64,000 bases of DNA from Leucoraja erinacea (GCF_028641065.1 NC_073377.1:160642001-160706000); one strand, 5' to 3'; shown: positions 23,471 through 36,020, numbered from the stretch's first letter. The notes: a model not told the origin generated them from the letters alone. Translations and numbers: made by a program.

Positions 23471-23679
23471 ACAAATTGGTAAACTGCTTTGATGTATAAA
23501 AGCAAGTCATTTCAGTTGATGTGTGTATATGTAGATTGCAAATAAAAGTATTTAATTTTCAAAATGATATTTGCTATGAATTAATTATGATGGGTATTTA
23601 TTCTGACACAGCAGGACATTTGAACAATGTAGCAATAATTAATGAGATATTGAAATTCTAAGTTAGAAAGGTTTGTTCA

Positions 23680-26600
23680 GTTCAAGATTCAAGGTTCAAG
23701 AGAGTTTATTGTCATGTGTCCCAGATAGGACAATGAAATTCTTGCTTTGCTTTCAGCACGACAGAATATTGCAGGAATAAATAATACAGAACAGATCTGT
23801 GTGTCCATCTACCATTGAATATATATATACACACACACATAAACAACCATATAAAGTGCAGTAGGCGAATAAAAGTTCTCCTACTGCACTTTAATATTTT
23901 ATTATAATAATCTTTCTTACATATCCTCATATTCCCAATTCTGTTCGCCCTTGCTGTCTATTTGGGATTGGGAATATGAGGATATGTAAGAAAGATTATT
24001 ATAATAAAATATTAAACAAAAATAAAAATAATATCAAGGGCATATGGAATAATGTGTTAAATAATATTATCAGGAATGGATCAATGAATATAAACTACCC
24101 TCAGTATTTTAAAGACAATGATACAACTGTAAGCGATATGAAAGATGTGGTTAATGGGTTTAACACATTTTTTGTAAGTGTGGGACCAAAACTGGCAGAA
24201 GAAATCGATAATCCACAGTCAGAAAAAGGAGAGGGGAAGGTTGTGGATTTGTTAGACAGCAACCCAAACTCAATGTTTTTGAAAGCAGCTGATGAAAAGG
24301 AGATTATTGACATTGTTAGTAAGAATAAAAGGTCTACAGACTGGAATGACATTGATATGGCTTTAATCAAGGTAGTCATTGGTGTAATTGTAAAACCCTT
24401 ATATTTGCAATTTATCTTTCAAAACTGGTGTATTTCCATGTAAAATGAAAACTGCCAAAGTTATCCCACTATACAAAGCTGGAGACAGAAATCAAGTTAC
24501 AAATTACAGGCCAGTGTCGTTACTCTCAGTTCTCAAAAATATTAGAAAAACTGTATGTAAGTAGATTAGATAACTTTATCGAGAAGCATGAATTGCTAGT
24601 TGATAGTCAATATGGATTCAGGTCAAACAGATCGACATCCATGGCATTAATGGAGTTAATTGAAGACATTACCAGTTCTTTAGATAACAAGAAATATGCA
24701 GTGGGTGTATTTATAGATTTGAAAAAAGCATTCGATACAATTGATCATCATTTGCTAATCAAAAAACTGGAAAAGTATGGAATCAGAGGGGTTGTACTAG
24801 AGTGGATGAGAAGCTACATAAGTAAAATACATCAGTTTGTGCAAATAGGGGACTGCAAATCAACATTTGTATATTAATGATATATGTAGGGTGTCAAACC
24901 TCTTGAAATTTGTGTTATTTGCAGATGACACTAATAATAATTTTCTGTGATGGGGACAATTTGCAGCAGCTTTTGGAGGTGGTCACAGCAGAAATGAGTA
25001 AACTAAAAACATGGTTTGATTTGAATAAATTATCATTAAATTTAAACAAAACCAAACGTATGCTGTTTGGAAAACGCAAAATAAATACACAAGTAAAAGT
25101 AATGATAAATAATTTTGAAATAGAAAGAGTGTATGAAAATAAATTTCTGGGTGTGATTCTTGATCACAAAATCTGCTGGAAACCACATATAAAACATGTG
25201 AGAGCAAAAGTAGCACAGAGGATTGGAGTGATGGGGAAAGCAAGGCATGTTTTGAATGAGAGAGCACTGTATATTCTGTACCGCTCACTTGTGTTACCGT
25301 ATTTAAATTACTGTGTGGAAGTATGGGGCAACACCTACAAAACCACCTTACAATCACTAAGCACACTACAAAAAAGAGCTATTCATGTAGTAAACAATGT
25401 AGGATCTCATGAACACACCAATATACTGTATTTAAAATTACACACCTTAAAGATTAAGGATCTGGTAGAATTTAAGACTGCACAAATAATTTATAAAGCA
25501 AAAAATAAACTGCTACCTGTAAACATACAAAAACTGTTCAAAGACAGAGAGGGGGGTTATAACTTTAGAGGGAAACTAAACTTGAAACAGCATTATGCTC
25601 GGACCAATTTAAAAAGTATGTGTATTTCCATTTGTGGGGTGGTTTTGTGGAATGGTCTTGATGAAACGATTAAACAAAGTATGAATATAATGCAATTTAA
25701 AAAAATGTACAAAAGATATATCTTTGAAAAGTCCAGTAATGAGGAAGGAGAATATAAATCTCACAGATGTTAATGGTGCTTGTTCTTTTTGCTCTTTTCT
25801 TTTTTTGTTCTTTTTTTTCTTAATAGCTTGATTGGAGTAGTTTTATTTGAATTGTCTGTTTAGTTTATTTTATCGAATTTTGCATTTGCTAATGGTGAAG
25901 AATGGGGGTAGGACTTGACAAGCATTGGCTGCTTCCTATCCCGTTTCGAACGAGTCTAATGTGTATTATGTTGAAATTGGCTTTTGATTTTTTAATTTAT
26001 GTATGTACATATATGTATGTGTATATGTGTATGTACATGTATATGTATGTGTGTATGCATTTATGTATATATATATATATGTATATATATAATTTTCCTT
26101 TTATTTATTTTCATCTTTTCTTTTTTTTAATCGTTCGAAATAAAGATATCATTCATTCATTCATTCATTCAAAGTTCAGATTTTGTTTGAGTTGAATTTA
26201 ATAGTCTGATGGCTGTGTGGAAGCAGCTATTCCTGAACCTGGTTGTTGCAGATTTCGGGCTCCTGTACCTTCTACCAGCGGAGAGATAAATGTGTGGCCT
26301 GGATGGTGTGGGTCCTTGATGATGCTGCCAGCCTTTTTGAGGCAGCGACTGTGGTAGATCCCCTCGATGGTAGGGAGGTCAGAGCCGATGATGGACTGGG
26401 CAGTGTTTACTACTTTTTGCAGTCTTTTCCGCTCCTGGGCGCACAAGTTGCCGAACCAGGCCACGCATGCTCTCTCCTGTGCACCTGTAGAAGTTCGAGA
26501 GAGTCCTCCACGACATACCGACTCTGTAATCTTCTCAAGAAGTAGAGGCGCTGATGTGCTTTCTTTATTATTGCATCAATGTTCTGGGACCAGGAGAGAT

Positions 26601-28560
26601 CTTCAGAAATATGCACGCCTAGCAATTTGAAGCTCTTGACCCTTTCCACCATCGACCCGTTGATATAAACAGGACTGTGGGTCCCCATCCTACCCTTTCC
26701 AAAGTCCACAATCAGTTCCTTGGTTCTGCTGGTGTTGAGGGCCAGGTTATTGTCCTGGCACCATTTGGTCAGTCGGTCGATCTCACTTCTATACTCTGAC
26801 TCGTCTCCATCAGTGATACATCACCAACAGTGGTGTCATCGGCGAACTTGATTATGGAATTTGCCCTATGACCGGCTACGCAGTCATGAGTATAGAGTGA
26901 GTACAGCAGGGGGCTGAGCACGCAGCCTTGAGGTGCTCCCGTGCTGATTGTTATCGAGGCTGACACATTTCCACCAATGCGAACAGACTGTGGTCTGTGA
27001 ATGAGGAAGTCGAGGATCCAATTACAGAGGGATGCGCAGAGACCCAGTTCTGAGAGCTTGGTAACCAGCTTGGAGGGGATGATTGTATTAAATGCCGAGC
27101 TGTAGTCAATGAATAACAGCCTGACATATGAGTTTTTGTTGTCCAAGTGGTCCAGAGCAGAGTGGAGAGCCAGTGGAATCACATCCACCATTGATCTGTT
27201 GTGGCGGTAAGCGAACTGCAGTGGGTCCAGGTTTTTGTCGAGGTAGGAGTTGATTTGCTCCATGATCAGCCTCTCTAAGCACTTCATCACCACAGACGTC
27301 AGTGCCACTGGTCGATTGCCATTGAGGCACGTCACCTTACTCTTCTTGGGCACCAGTATTATTGATGCCCTTTTAAAGCAGGTGGGAAGCTCAGACCTCA
27401 GAAGTGAGAGGTTGAAAATGTCCGTAAAAACTCCAGCCAGTTGGTCCGCACAGGTTTTTAGAACACGACCGGGTATACCATCAGGTCCAGGCGCTTACCG
27501 AGGGTTCATGCCTCTGAAGGATTTTCTGACGTCGACCTCTGTGACTGTGACCGAAATACCATCACGGCTAATGGGGGCTCGCAAAGGCACATCAGTATTC
27601 TCCCTGTCAAAGCGTGCGTAGAACGCGTTGAGCTCGTCAGGGAGTGACGCTTCGCTGACATTTGAGCTGCCTCCTGATTTCACCTTGTAGGAAGTGATGG
27701 CATTCAAGCCCGCCACAGTTGCCGAACATCCGTCTCATCCTCCAGCAGAAGTCCCTTTTGGCCTTTTAGATGGCCTTACCAAGGTCGTATCTGGACTTCT
27801 TGCAAACCTCTGTATATTCGGACATGAATGCCCGGTGTCTGGTCTTCAGAAGAGTGCGAATCTCATAGTGCATCCAAGGCTTCTGATTGGGAAACACTCG
27901 GAAGGTTTTTGTTGAGATGCAGTCCTCCACACATTTCTTTATGAAGTCTGTAACGACTGTGGCTTATTCGATCAGGTCCGTTGCCGAGTCCCTGAACATT
28001 GCCCAGTCTACAGACTCCAAACAGTCCTGTAGTTGTTCCTCTGCGTGGAAGTTAGGGAGCGATTTCTTAAGGTTGGCTTTGTTAAAAACCCCGGCTATGG
28101 TGGCAAATGCCTCGGGGTAAGCCGTTTGGTGTTTATTGACCACAGCGTGCTGCTCCCCCAGTGCCAGATGGACATCAGTCTGGGGAGGGATGAAGTCCCC
28201 TCCGCTTCAGTCTGACCTGAAGTCCTGCCCGTTGGCCACGTTTCCGGACACAATGGAGGCCTCCACGTCGTTCCCAGGTACTGTACTTACTGTACCTGTT
28301 GTTTCTGCGAGCCTGCGCTGGAACGGGGATTCCCTCACAGGCAGCAGCTCCAGCTCTGTTACGATTGGGGGTTCCCTCCCTCATCGGCTACGGAGGGCTC
28401 CCAGTGTTTCCAGGTTCAATATCTATGATTCTCAGTCGGATCGGGTTCTCTCCAGCCATCCGGGGAACCCTTGCAGTCGGAGGCTCCTGCAGCCGTGGGA
28501 GATCGCGAAATCGCTAGTGCCTTCAGATGCACTGGCAGCTTGTCCGTTACAACACCAAAT
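23680..28560 (-). mobile_element. Near full-length Rex1/Babar LINE with internal deletions, split by a nested LINE at 23879-26170
   Basis: Tail at about 23680-23720. RT motifs [27 protein letters not shown] and FADDT (26769-27353), LPDELNAFYARF, and N-terminal RGQRAGLQVRLKRRG (about 28200). The 3' UTR rejoins across the TSD aaagttc. Confidence 0.88.
23967..26170 (+). mobile_element. AT-rich L2/Crack-like LINE, 5'-truncated and frameshifted, (ATTC)n tail, 7-bp TSD
   Basis: NYRPVSLL, DSQYGFRSNRST, FIDLKKAFDTIDH, LFADDT, ENKFLGVILD and YLNYCVEVWGN; aataaa plus (attc)n at 26139-26170; AAAGTTC at 23872-23878 and 26171-26177. Confidence 0.88.
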
Positions 28561-28829
28561 TCTGCTGTTTTTCTGATCCAGATAAGTTGATTGCAGCTGT
28601 AAATTATCCTCATCTGTTGGGCTGCTGGAAAAATGTTGCTGCAGTAAGCAATCTGATATTTCTGAATAAAAACATTGTCACAGTTCCTCAATAGGAAGAT
28701 GATAATGTTTAAACAGATTTTTCCACAGCAAGAGTAGATTCATATGGATGCATTTAAAAAGAAATCTCAAGCTGGAATGCTCCATCATGACGTTTGGTGA
28801 TAAATTGATATTCTTTCCTTCATGACATA

Positions 28830-29165
28830 ACGACCACCCCGGGCCGCGGAGTTGAACCGGCCCGTTCGCGGTGCTTGGATTCAGTCGCGGGACTGACATT
28901 ACTTACCATCACCCGGCGGGGTCACAACATCCGAAGCCTGGATCGCCTCGGCGCAGAGGGAGAATAAGAAGGGAGAGACAAAGACTTAAGACTTTTGCCT
29001 TCCATCACAGTGAGGAGGTGTCTGATGAACTCACTGTGGTAGATGTTAATTTGTGTTTATTGTGTGTGTTTGTCATTTTTACTATATGTATGACTGCAAG
29101 GCAATGAAATTTTGTTCAGACCGCAAGGTCTGAATGACAATAAAGGCTACTTTACTTTGACTTTG
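28830..29165 (+). mobile_element. 5'-truncated GC-rich non-autonomous retroposon
   Basis: Family core gccttccatcacagtgagg...actcactgtggtagatgtt, then tgacaataaa and a (tttgac) tail. Confidence 0.7.
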
Positions 29166-30342
29166 ATTTGAGCCCCATACGATCCGGCAGTGTTTTTCCT
29201 GCCGATATGGAGTTCAAATTCACTGCAACCGCAACGTTCCAATTGATCGCGTTCCAGAAGCAAGATGATTAAAATGCCCATTTTTTTTGGACAATCATGT
29301 CATGTCGTCTAAATTGTCTATATGTTGTGTTATTCTCTCTCCATGATCATTATTTTTAAACTAAATATTCACAACAGTTTGAGTCACATGTATTGTGCAA
29401 AAAACAATAATTTTGATTTCAATAATATTTTAAGAGGATGTTTCTGGATTAATTTATGGGAATTAAACATTAAATTCCTTCCATCTGGCATATAAATTCA
29501 TGACAGTGAGATTTGAAAATCATGTTATATTGTGAATTCCTGTGTGAATGGGATTAGTTTGTTATTTGGATAGGCTATTTTTTTAAATTATCATTTTCTT
29601 AAGAAATGTAATCTACAGGACATTCTTAATGAGAAAGTAGTGGGCGGAAAGGCATGTCATGTGTGGTTTGAAGAGCAAAAACTTGTGGTTTACAATGCCA
29701 AAATGGAAAAGTTAAGAAAAAACAAGGTGTACAGAGTTGCTTATTGGTTACAATCTGAGGAGTGAGATGATGCTACTGATTATGATATGCCAATGTACCA
29801 GCTAGCAACGGATCTTCTCCATAAAGACTTGGTCTATTGCTAGAAATTGTAATTTATTTACCTATCTGTTACAGACTTACAGAATATTATACAATAATAT
29901 TAAAGTTCTGATCTTGAGAATATCACATTTTTGAATTTTCAAGGCAGTCTGGGTATTTATTACTATTTCCGTCACAACGGTCAATTTTGTGATTAGCTAC
30001 AATTAGGTAATTAACTAATTATATGCTTTAATTTCAGGTCATCCAAGTAAGATGATTTATATCCGTTTCAGAATGCTTCAATCTATAATAACTGAAAATT
30101 TAATTCAGTTCTCTTAATTTTTAAGAAAGTTATGGCCTTTTGACTGCGCTTGATCACAGCTTTAGTGTTAAGTCAATGGAAAAGCAATAGGGAACAAGAT
30201 GCTAATTTCCAAGTATGAAAATGGCCATAACTTTTTGAATACTGAAGATATGAAAGTGTATTAGGTATCAAATTAAAATTATTTTTAGGCTTTATCTGAT
30301 GGGATAAATTGCAGACTTGATTTTAAAAATCTCAATTTTTTG
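29166..30342 (+). mobile_element. AT-rich DNA-transposon-like remnant (superfamily unassigned)
   Basis: Subterminal-type inverted motifs aaagttatggcc (30127) and ggccataacttt (30223) and a coding remnant. Both ends are truncated, so no TIR or TSD is seen. Confidence 0.5.
29619..29843 (+). pseudogene. Disrupted terminal coding exon, Tudor/spindlin-like (Spin/Ssty-like) domain
   Basis: ctacag|DILNEKVVGGKACHVWFEEQKLVVYNAKMEKLRKNKVYRVAYWLQSEE*DDATDYDMPMYQLATDLLHKDLVYC*, with one internal TGA (29763) and ATTAAA about 55 nt downstream. Confidence 0.5.

Positions 30343-30400
<58 letters not shown>
30343..30400 (+). repeat. (GATA)n microsatellite, about 14 units
   Basis: Direct reading of the sequence. 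Confidence 0.97.
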
Positions 30401-30563
30401 TCCTGGCTAACGAAAACAAGTAGCTCTTTTGGTTCAGAACCTATATGTGCTACAGTCTTCAGGAATCTTTGGACATGCGCACAAAGTATTCTGTTCCTTA
30501 GTGTTTCCTAGTGTTCTACCATTCATTGTGTATATCTTAGTCTCATTAGTCCGCCCAAAAAGC

Positions 30564-31452
30564 TTATCTGAAGGTTATGGTGTTTAATAGCCTGATGGCT
30601 GTAGGGACGAAGCTGTTCCTGAACCTGGATGTTAGAGTTTTCCAACTCCTGTATCCTTTTCCCGATGGCAGGGATGAAATGAGTGTGTGTGCAGGGCGGT
30701 GGGGTTTCTGATGATGCTGGCTGCCTTTTTGAGGCAGTGACTCCTGTAAAATTCCTTGATAGACAATAGACAATAGGTGCAGGAGTAGGCCATTCAGCCC
30801 TTCGAGCCAGCACTGCCATTCAATGTGATCATGGCTGATCATCCCCAATCAGTACCCCGTTCCTGCTTTCTCCCCATATCCCCTGACTCCGTTATTTTTA
30901 AACCCTATTGAGCTGGTGGTGGGGAGGTCAGAACCTGGGATGGACTGGGCAGTGTACACCACTTTTTGCAATCTTCTTCGCTCCTGGGCATTCAAGTTGC
31001 CAAATCACGCTGTGATGCAACCAGTCATTATACCCTCTACTGTACACCTGTAGAACTTCAAGAGAGTCCTCTCTGACATTCTGTATCTCTGCAATCTTCT
31101 CAAGAAGTAGAGGTGTTGACGGGCTTTCGTTATAATTGCATCCGTGTGCTGGGTCCAGAAAAGATCTTCAGATATATGCATGCCCAGGAATGTGACGCTT
31201 TTGACTCTCTCCACCATCATCCCATTGATATAGACAGGTTTGTGGGACCTCATCCTTCTTCTTCCAAAGTCCACAATCAGTTCCTTGGTCTTCCTGACAT
31301 TGAGAGCCAGGTTGCTGTGCTGGCGCTATTTGGTAAGTACACATCTCCGACTCATCATCATCTATACTTTATTCCAAAAATGGAGGTCTGGCTACACAAT
31401 GGTGAGCATAGCGTGTGTAGAGCATGGGGCTGAGCACATTGCCTTGGGGTAC
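30564..31452 (-). mobile_element. Rex1/Babar fragment with a CR1 3' end nested at about 30759-30905
   Basis: VERVKSVTFLGMHISEDL..FYRCTVEG; the nested gtgcaggagtaggccattcagcc is a CR1 tail. Confidence 0.8.
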
Positions 31453-31469
31453 TAATTTAATGATGAAAA

Positions 31470-32855
31470 TAAAGGGTTGTGCTTTTTGGGCAGACTAATA
31501 AGACTAAGAAATACACAATGAATGGTAGAACGCTAGGAAGCACTAAGGAACAGAATACTTTATATGAATGTCCAAAGATTCCTGAAGACTGTAGCAAATA
31601 CAGGCAAGATGGTTCAGAAACCACACAGGTTACTTGCCTTTGTTAGCCAGGATATAGAATATAAGAATCATAAAGTTATGCTGCATCTATTAAAAACATT
31701 AATTAAGCCACAGCTGTTATATCAAATGCAATTCTGTTAATAACAAGAAGGTAATGAATGCACTGGAGTAGCACACATGAATGATGCTTGAGATGGAGTG
31801 TTTCAAGGTTTCAAGGTGAGTTTATTGTCACATGTACCAGTTAAGGTACAGTGAAATTTGAGTTACCATACAGCCATACTAAGTGAAAAGCAACAAGACA
31901 CACAACTACATAAAAGTTACCATAAACATCCACCACAGTGGATTCCACATTCCTCACTGTGATGGAAGGCAATAAAGATCAAACTTCTTCCTTTTCGCTC
32001 TCCCGTGGTCGGGGCAATCAAACCATCCACAATCAGGACGATCAAATCCCCCGCAGCCGACGATCGAAACCCACGTGGGGGTGGTTTAAACTCTCTCCGT
32101 GGCAAGGAGCTCCCGAGTCGGCCTCTTCTTACCAGAGACCATGGGCTTCACAATGTTAAAGTCCACAGGTCCCGTGGTTGGAGCTTCAATCCCTGGCAAA
32201 GATGTCAAAGTCCCGCAGACTGCCGCGGCTTGGAGCGCTGAGTCGGTCTCCAGAAAAGGCCACCAACTCCATGATGTTAGGCCGCAGTGGGGACGGAGAT
32301 ACAATATGGGAAAAAACGCATCTCCATCGAGGTAAGAGATTGAAAAAAAGTTTCCCCCAACCCCCACATAAAACAAACCAAGAAACACTAAAACACACTT
32401 TCAACACATATTAAAAATAACAAAAAGAAGAAAGGACAGATAGACAGACTGTTGGCGAGGCAGCCACTGCTGGTGGTGCCACCCAGTGTTTTCACCTATT
32501 GAGAAAAGAATGGATAGGCTGGATTTGTTTCCTCAATGCGAAGAAGGCTGAAGGGGAAACTGATTAAGTATGTTAGAATTATGAAGGGCATAGATAGGGT
32601 AGATAACAAAAAAGGTTCCCCCATACCCGACAGGTCTGTAACCTGTGGGCATCAGAAATGGGTAGGCGATTTGAGTTTTTTTTTACCCATGGGTGATTAA
32701 AATCTGATATGCACTGCATGACACGGGTACTTTCACAACATCAGATGAACATCTGAAATACCATGGGCTAGTGATATAAAATGAAGAAGGGTATTTAATG
32801 ACTGGCACTGAGATGGTGGGCCTAAGGTCCTGTTTCCTTTCTGTATGAGTCCTAT
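31470..32855 (+). mobile_element. Decayed CR1 3' region interrupted by a retroposon at 31803-32486
   Basis: ccttt..agccaggatatagaatataag motif and a CR1 3' end ending ..cctgtttccttt. Confidence 0.65.
31803..32486 (-). mobile_element. GC-rich non-autonomous retroposon (complete) with Rex1-type tail
   Basis: 5' gggtggcaccaccagcagtggctgcctcgccaacagtctgtc; core gccttccatcacagtgagg; tail tgacaataaa plus (ccttgaaa)n. Closely similar to 55497-56152. Confidence 0.8.
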
Positions 32856-33664
32856 CAACTATCTACAAGGCAGGTAAGGATAAGGAGACTAACCAGTGTA
32901 GTCTCATGACAAAAGTCTTACTTGCTATTAGAATTGTAGACAATTTACATCTCAGAAGGAGGCAATTCAGTGCACTATGCCTGGGTCAGTTAAGAACCAG
33001 CTAGCCGCTTTCCATCATCCGATATTGGTTCTGTAACACTGAAGATTACAAGTCCTCAAGGCCAAGTGCCTTATAAATATGGATTTTACCCACTACCACC
33101 CTTCCAAGTCAAGCCACATTAGCGTTATTGTCATTTGCATGTACGGCGAGGTGCGTGCAGGTGCTATGAAAATATTGCCTGTAACAGCATCAGAGGCATA
33201 TAGACCCAGAAAGCACATAAAACATAAATTATACATAAATTATACGAGACATTGAATAGATAAAGACTGCATAAACAGGGCCTTGTGCAGAGCACAATTA
33301 GTAAAACAAGTATATGATAGTGCAAGAGGTGTTGTGTGCTGTTCCTTTGTTGAAGTAGCATGGCCGTTCGAAAGGGGGGTGCATTGGGTGCGACCGCATC
33401 CCCCTTTTTTCCCCCATAGTAAGAAAAAATCCCGAGCGGAAAAAAAAAAAAAAAAAAAAAATTGGGAAAAAAAATCTGGCTCGCGGGATAAGGGAGTGCC
33501 CATTTCTCCGGGCCCCGGGGAGAGGGGGGTGCGGTGTCTGCCTGCCCGGTCCAGCGTCTCCATCCGCGGCGTCAGAGCCTCACCAACGACGAGACCGTCC
33601 ACCCGTCGCCGGGTGGGAGTGGCTGAATCTGAACCGAGCGGCTGTAACCCCACACCAGACGCCG

Positions 33665-34212
33665 CTGCCTGCTGGGCCCAAGCATCTTCCCCCCACGCCC
33701 ACCCCCGCTGGGCCCATGCCACACCCGCTGGGCCCACGCCACCCCCTGCTGGGCCCAAGCCACACCCGCCGCTGCGCCCCGCTGAGCCCCACCCCCGCCG
33801 CCAGCCCCCGCTGGGCCCTCGCCCCCCACTGGGCCCAAGCCCGCTGGGCCCAACCCACGCCCACCCCCGCTGCGCCCACGCCACCCCCGCTGGGCCCTCG
33901 CCACCCCCACTGGGCCCAAGCCAGCCAAGCCCGCGCTGGGCCCAAGCCACCCCGCTGGGACCAAGCCACCCCCGCTGGGCCCACGCCACCCCCGCTGGGC
34001 CCAAGCCACCCCCGCTGGGCCCAAGCCACCCCCGCTGGGCCCAAGCCACCCCCGCTGAACCCTGCTGGGCCACCCCCCACGTCACCCCCGCTGACCCTGC
34101 TGGGGCCCTCGCCACCCCCGCTGGGCCCAAGCCACCCCCAGCTGGGCCCAAGCCAACCCCGCTGGGCCCCACGCCACCCCCGCTGGGCCCACGCCCACTG
34201 GCCCCACGCCAC
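33665..34212 (+). repeat. GC-rich minisatellite, unit about 20 bp (GCTGGGCCCAAGCCACCCCC)
   Basis: About 27 imperfect tandem copies; source of the 200-350 aa Pro/Gly ORFs. Confidence 0.95.
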
Positions 34213-34579
34213 CTTCATCTTCTTCCCGCTGGGAGAAAGAGGGGAGATGTGGGAGGGGGAGAGAGAGAGAGGGGAAGGGAGGGGAGAGGGAAGAGGGAAA
34301 GGGGATTATCTTTAGTGAGATTGCAAAATTAAGGTAGGTTTTAGAGCTATTATATTTTCTCTCCATATGAATAATTTTAAACAATATCAAATAATAGGAA
34401 CTGCTTTCTTTTCCTTGATAATAATATTGAAAAATATGAATTCCATAGTTTGTGACATAAATATACATTTTAATGGGATCATTATATACAGATGTAACAT
34501 TTCCATTTCAAGATCGGGGGTGGGGGAGTGGTTGGGGGCAAATATGCGTCAAGCCGATAGCCTAATCGTTAAAGAGTTA

Positions 34580-36020
34580 AAAGATAGCCTAATCGATAAA
34601 GCGCTGAGAAGAGGAATCAGAGCTGCCAAGGAAAGGTACTCTGAGAAGTTGAGGAGCAAGTTCTCAGCTAGTGTCTCTTCTTCAGTTTGGTAGGGCATGC
34701 AAGAAATCACCAGCCATAAGAGGAAAGCCCCCCGCTCTTTGGACAATCGTCAGCTGATGAACGACCTGAATGAGTTTTACATGGAGCACAGGAGGATGAG
34801 GGATGATCTAATAGAGGTGTATAAAATCACGATTTGAATAGATATGGTTGAGTCTTTTGCCCAGAGTAGGTGAATCGAGGAGCAGAGGACATAAGTTTAA
34901 GGTGAACGGCAAAAGATTTAATAGGAATCTGAAGGGTATGGTTTTCACACAAAGGGTGGTAGGTGTATGGAACATGCTGCCAGAGGAGGTAGTTGAAGCG
35001 GGGACTATCGCAACATTTAAGAAAAAGTTAGACAGGTACATGGATAGGACAGGTTCGGAGGGATATGGATCAAACGTGGGCAGGTGGGACTAGTGCAGAT
35101 GGGACATGCTGGGCCGAAGGGCCTGTTTCCACACTGTATCACCCTATGGCTCTATCTATCTTTCCCTCTCAAACCCATTCTCCTGCCTTCTCCCCGTTAG
35201 CTCTGACACCCGTATCAATCAAGAATCTATCAATCTCCTCCTGAAAAATGTGCATTGACTTGACCTCCACAGCTGTCTGTGGCAATGAATTCCACAGTTC
35301 ACCACTCTCTGACTTTAGAAATTCCTGCTCATCTCCTTCCTAAATAAATGTCTTTTAATTCCGAGGCTGTGGCCACTGGTCTTAGACTCTCCCACTAGTG
35401 GAAACATCCTCTCCACATCCACTCCATCCAAGTTTTTAACCAGGCTGGGACAGACTGCAACAGCTTCACACCATTACTGAAGAACGGTCTTGACCCGAAA
35501 TATAATCTCCAGAGATGCTGCCTAACTCACTGAGTTACTCCAGCACACTGTGAAACGTCGCCTATTCATATTCTCCGCAGATGCTGCCTGACCCACTGAG
35601 TTACTCCAGCACTTTGTGTCTAATTTCCCTTCACCCATCTGCCCAAGCCCACTCTCCCCCCTCCTTTCCTATGTTCCTTTCCACCCATAAACCTCTCTCT
35701 GCCTTTACATTTCACTCCTTTCAAATCTGCTCTACTTATCTACATTCATTTTTCTTCTTAACTTTTTAGTCATAAAATGATGCAGTGTGGAAACAGGCCC
35801 TTCAGCCCAACTTGCCCACACCGACCAACATGTCCCATTTAAACTAGTCCCACTCACACGCGTTTGGCCCATATATCCATCTAAATCTGTCCAATCCATG
35901 TACGTGTCCAAATGTCTCTTAAACATTAGGATAGTCCCAGCCTTAACTACCTCCTCTGGCAGCTCGTTACATACACCCAGCACCCTTTGTGTGAAAAAGC
36001 TACCTCTCAGATTCCTGTTA
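34580..36020. mobile_element. Nested cluster: Rex1 fragment (34580-34780, +), CR1 3' ends (34780-35155 +; 35160-35440 -; 35765-36020 -), tandem Penelope 3' ends (35476-35620 +)
   Basis: NDLNEFY; SRGHKFKV..FTQRVVGVWNMLPEEVV; ctgaagaacggtcttgacccgaaa. Confidence 0.75.

Noticed and set aside
29763-29765. In-frame TGA read as selenocysteine
   Set aside because: No SECIS is recognisable downstream. The position is in an acidic loop of a decayed element, so a nonsense mutation is the simpler explanation.
33240-34332. 310-349 aa ORFs on both strands
   Set aside because: They are translations of the 20-bp minisatellite inside a non-autonomous transposon.
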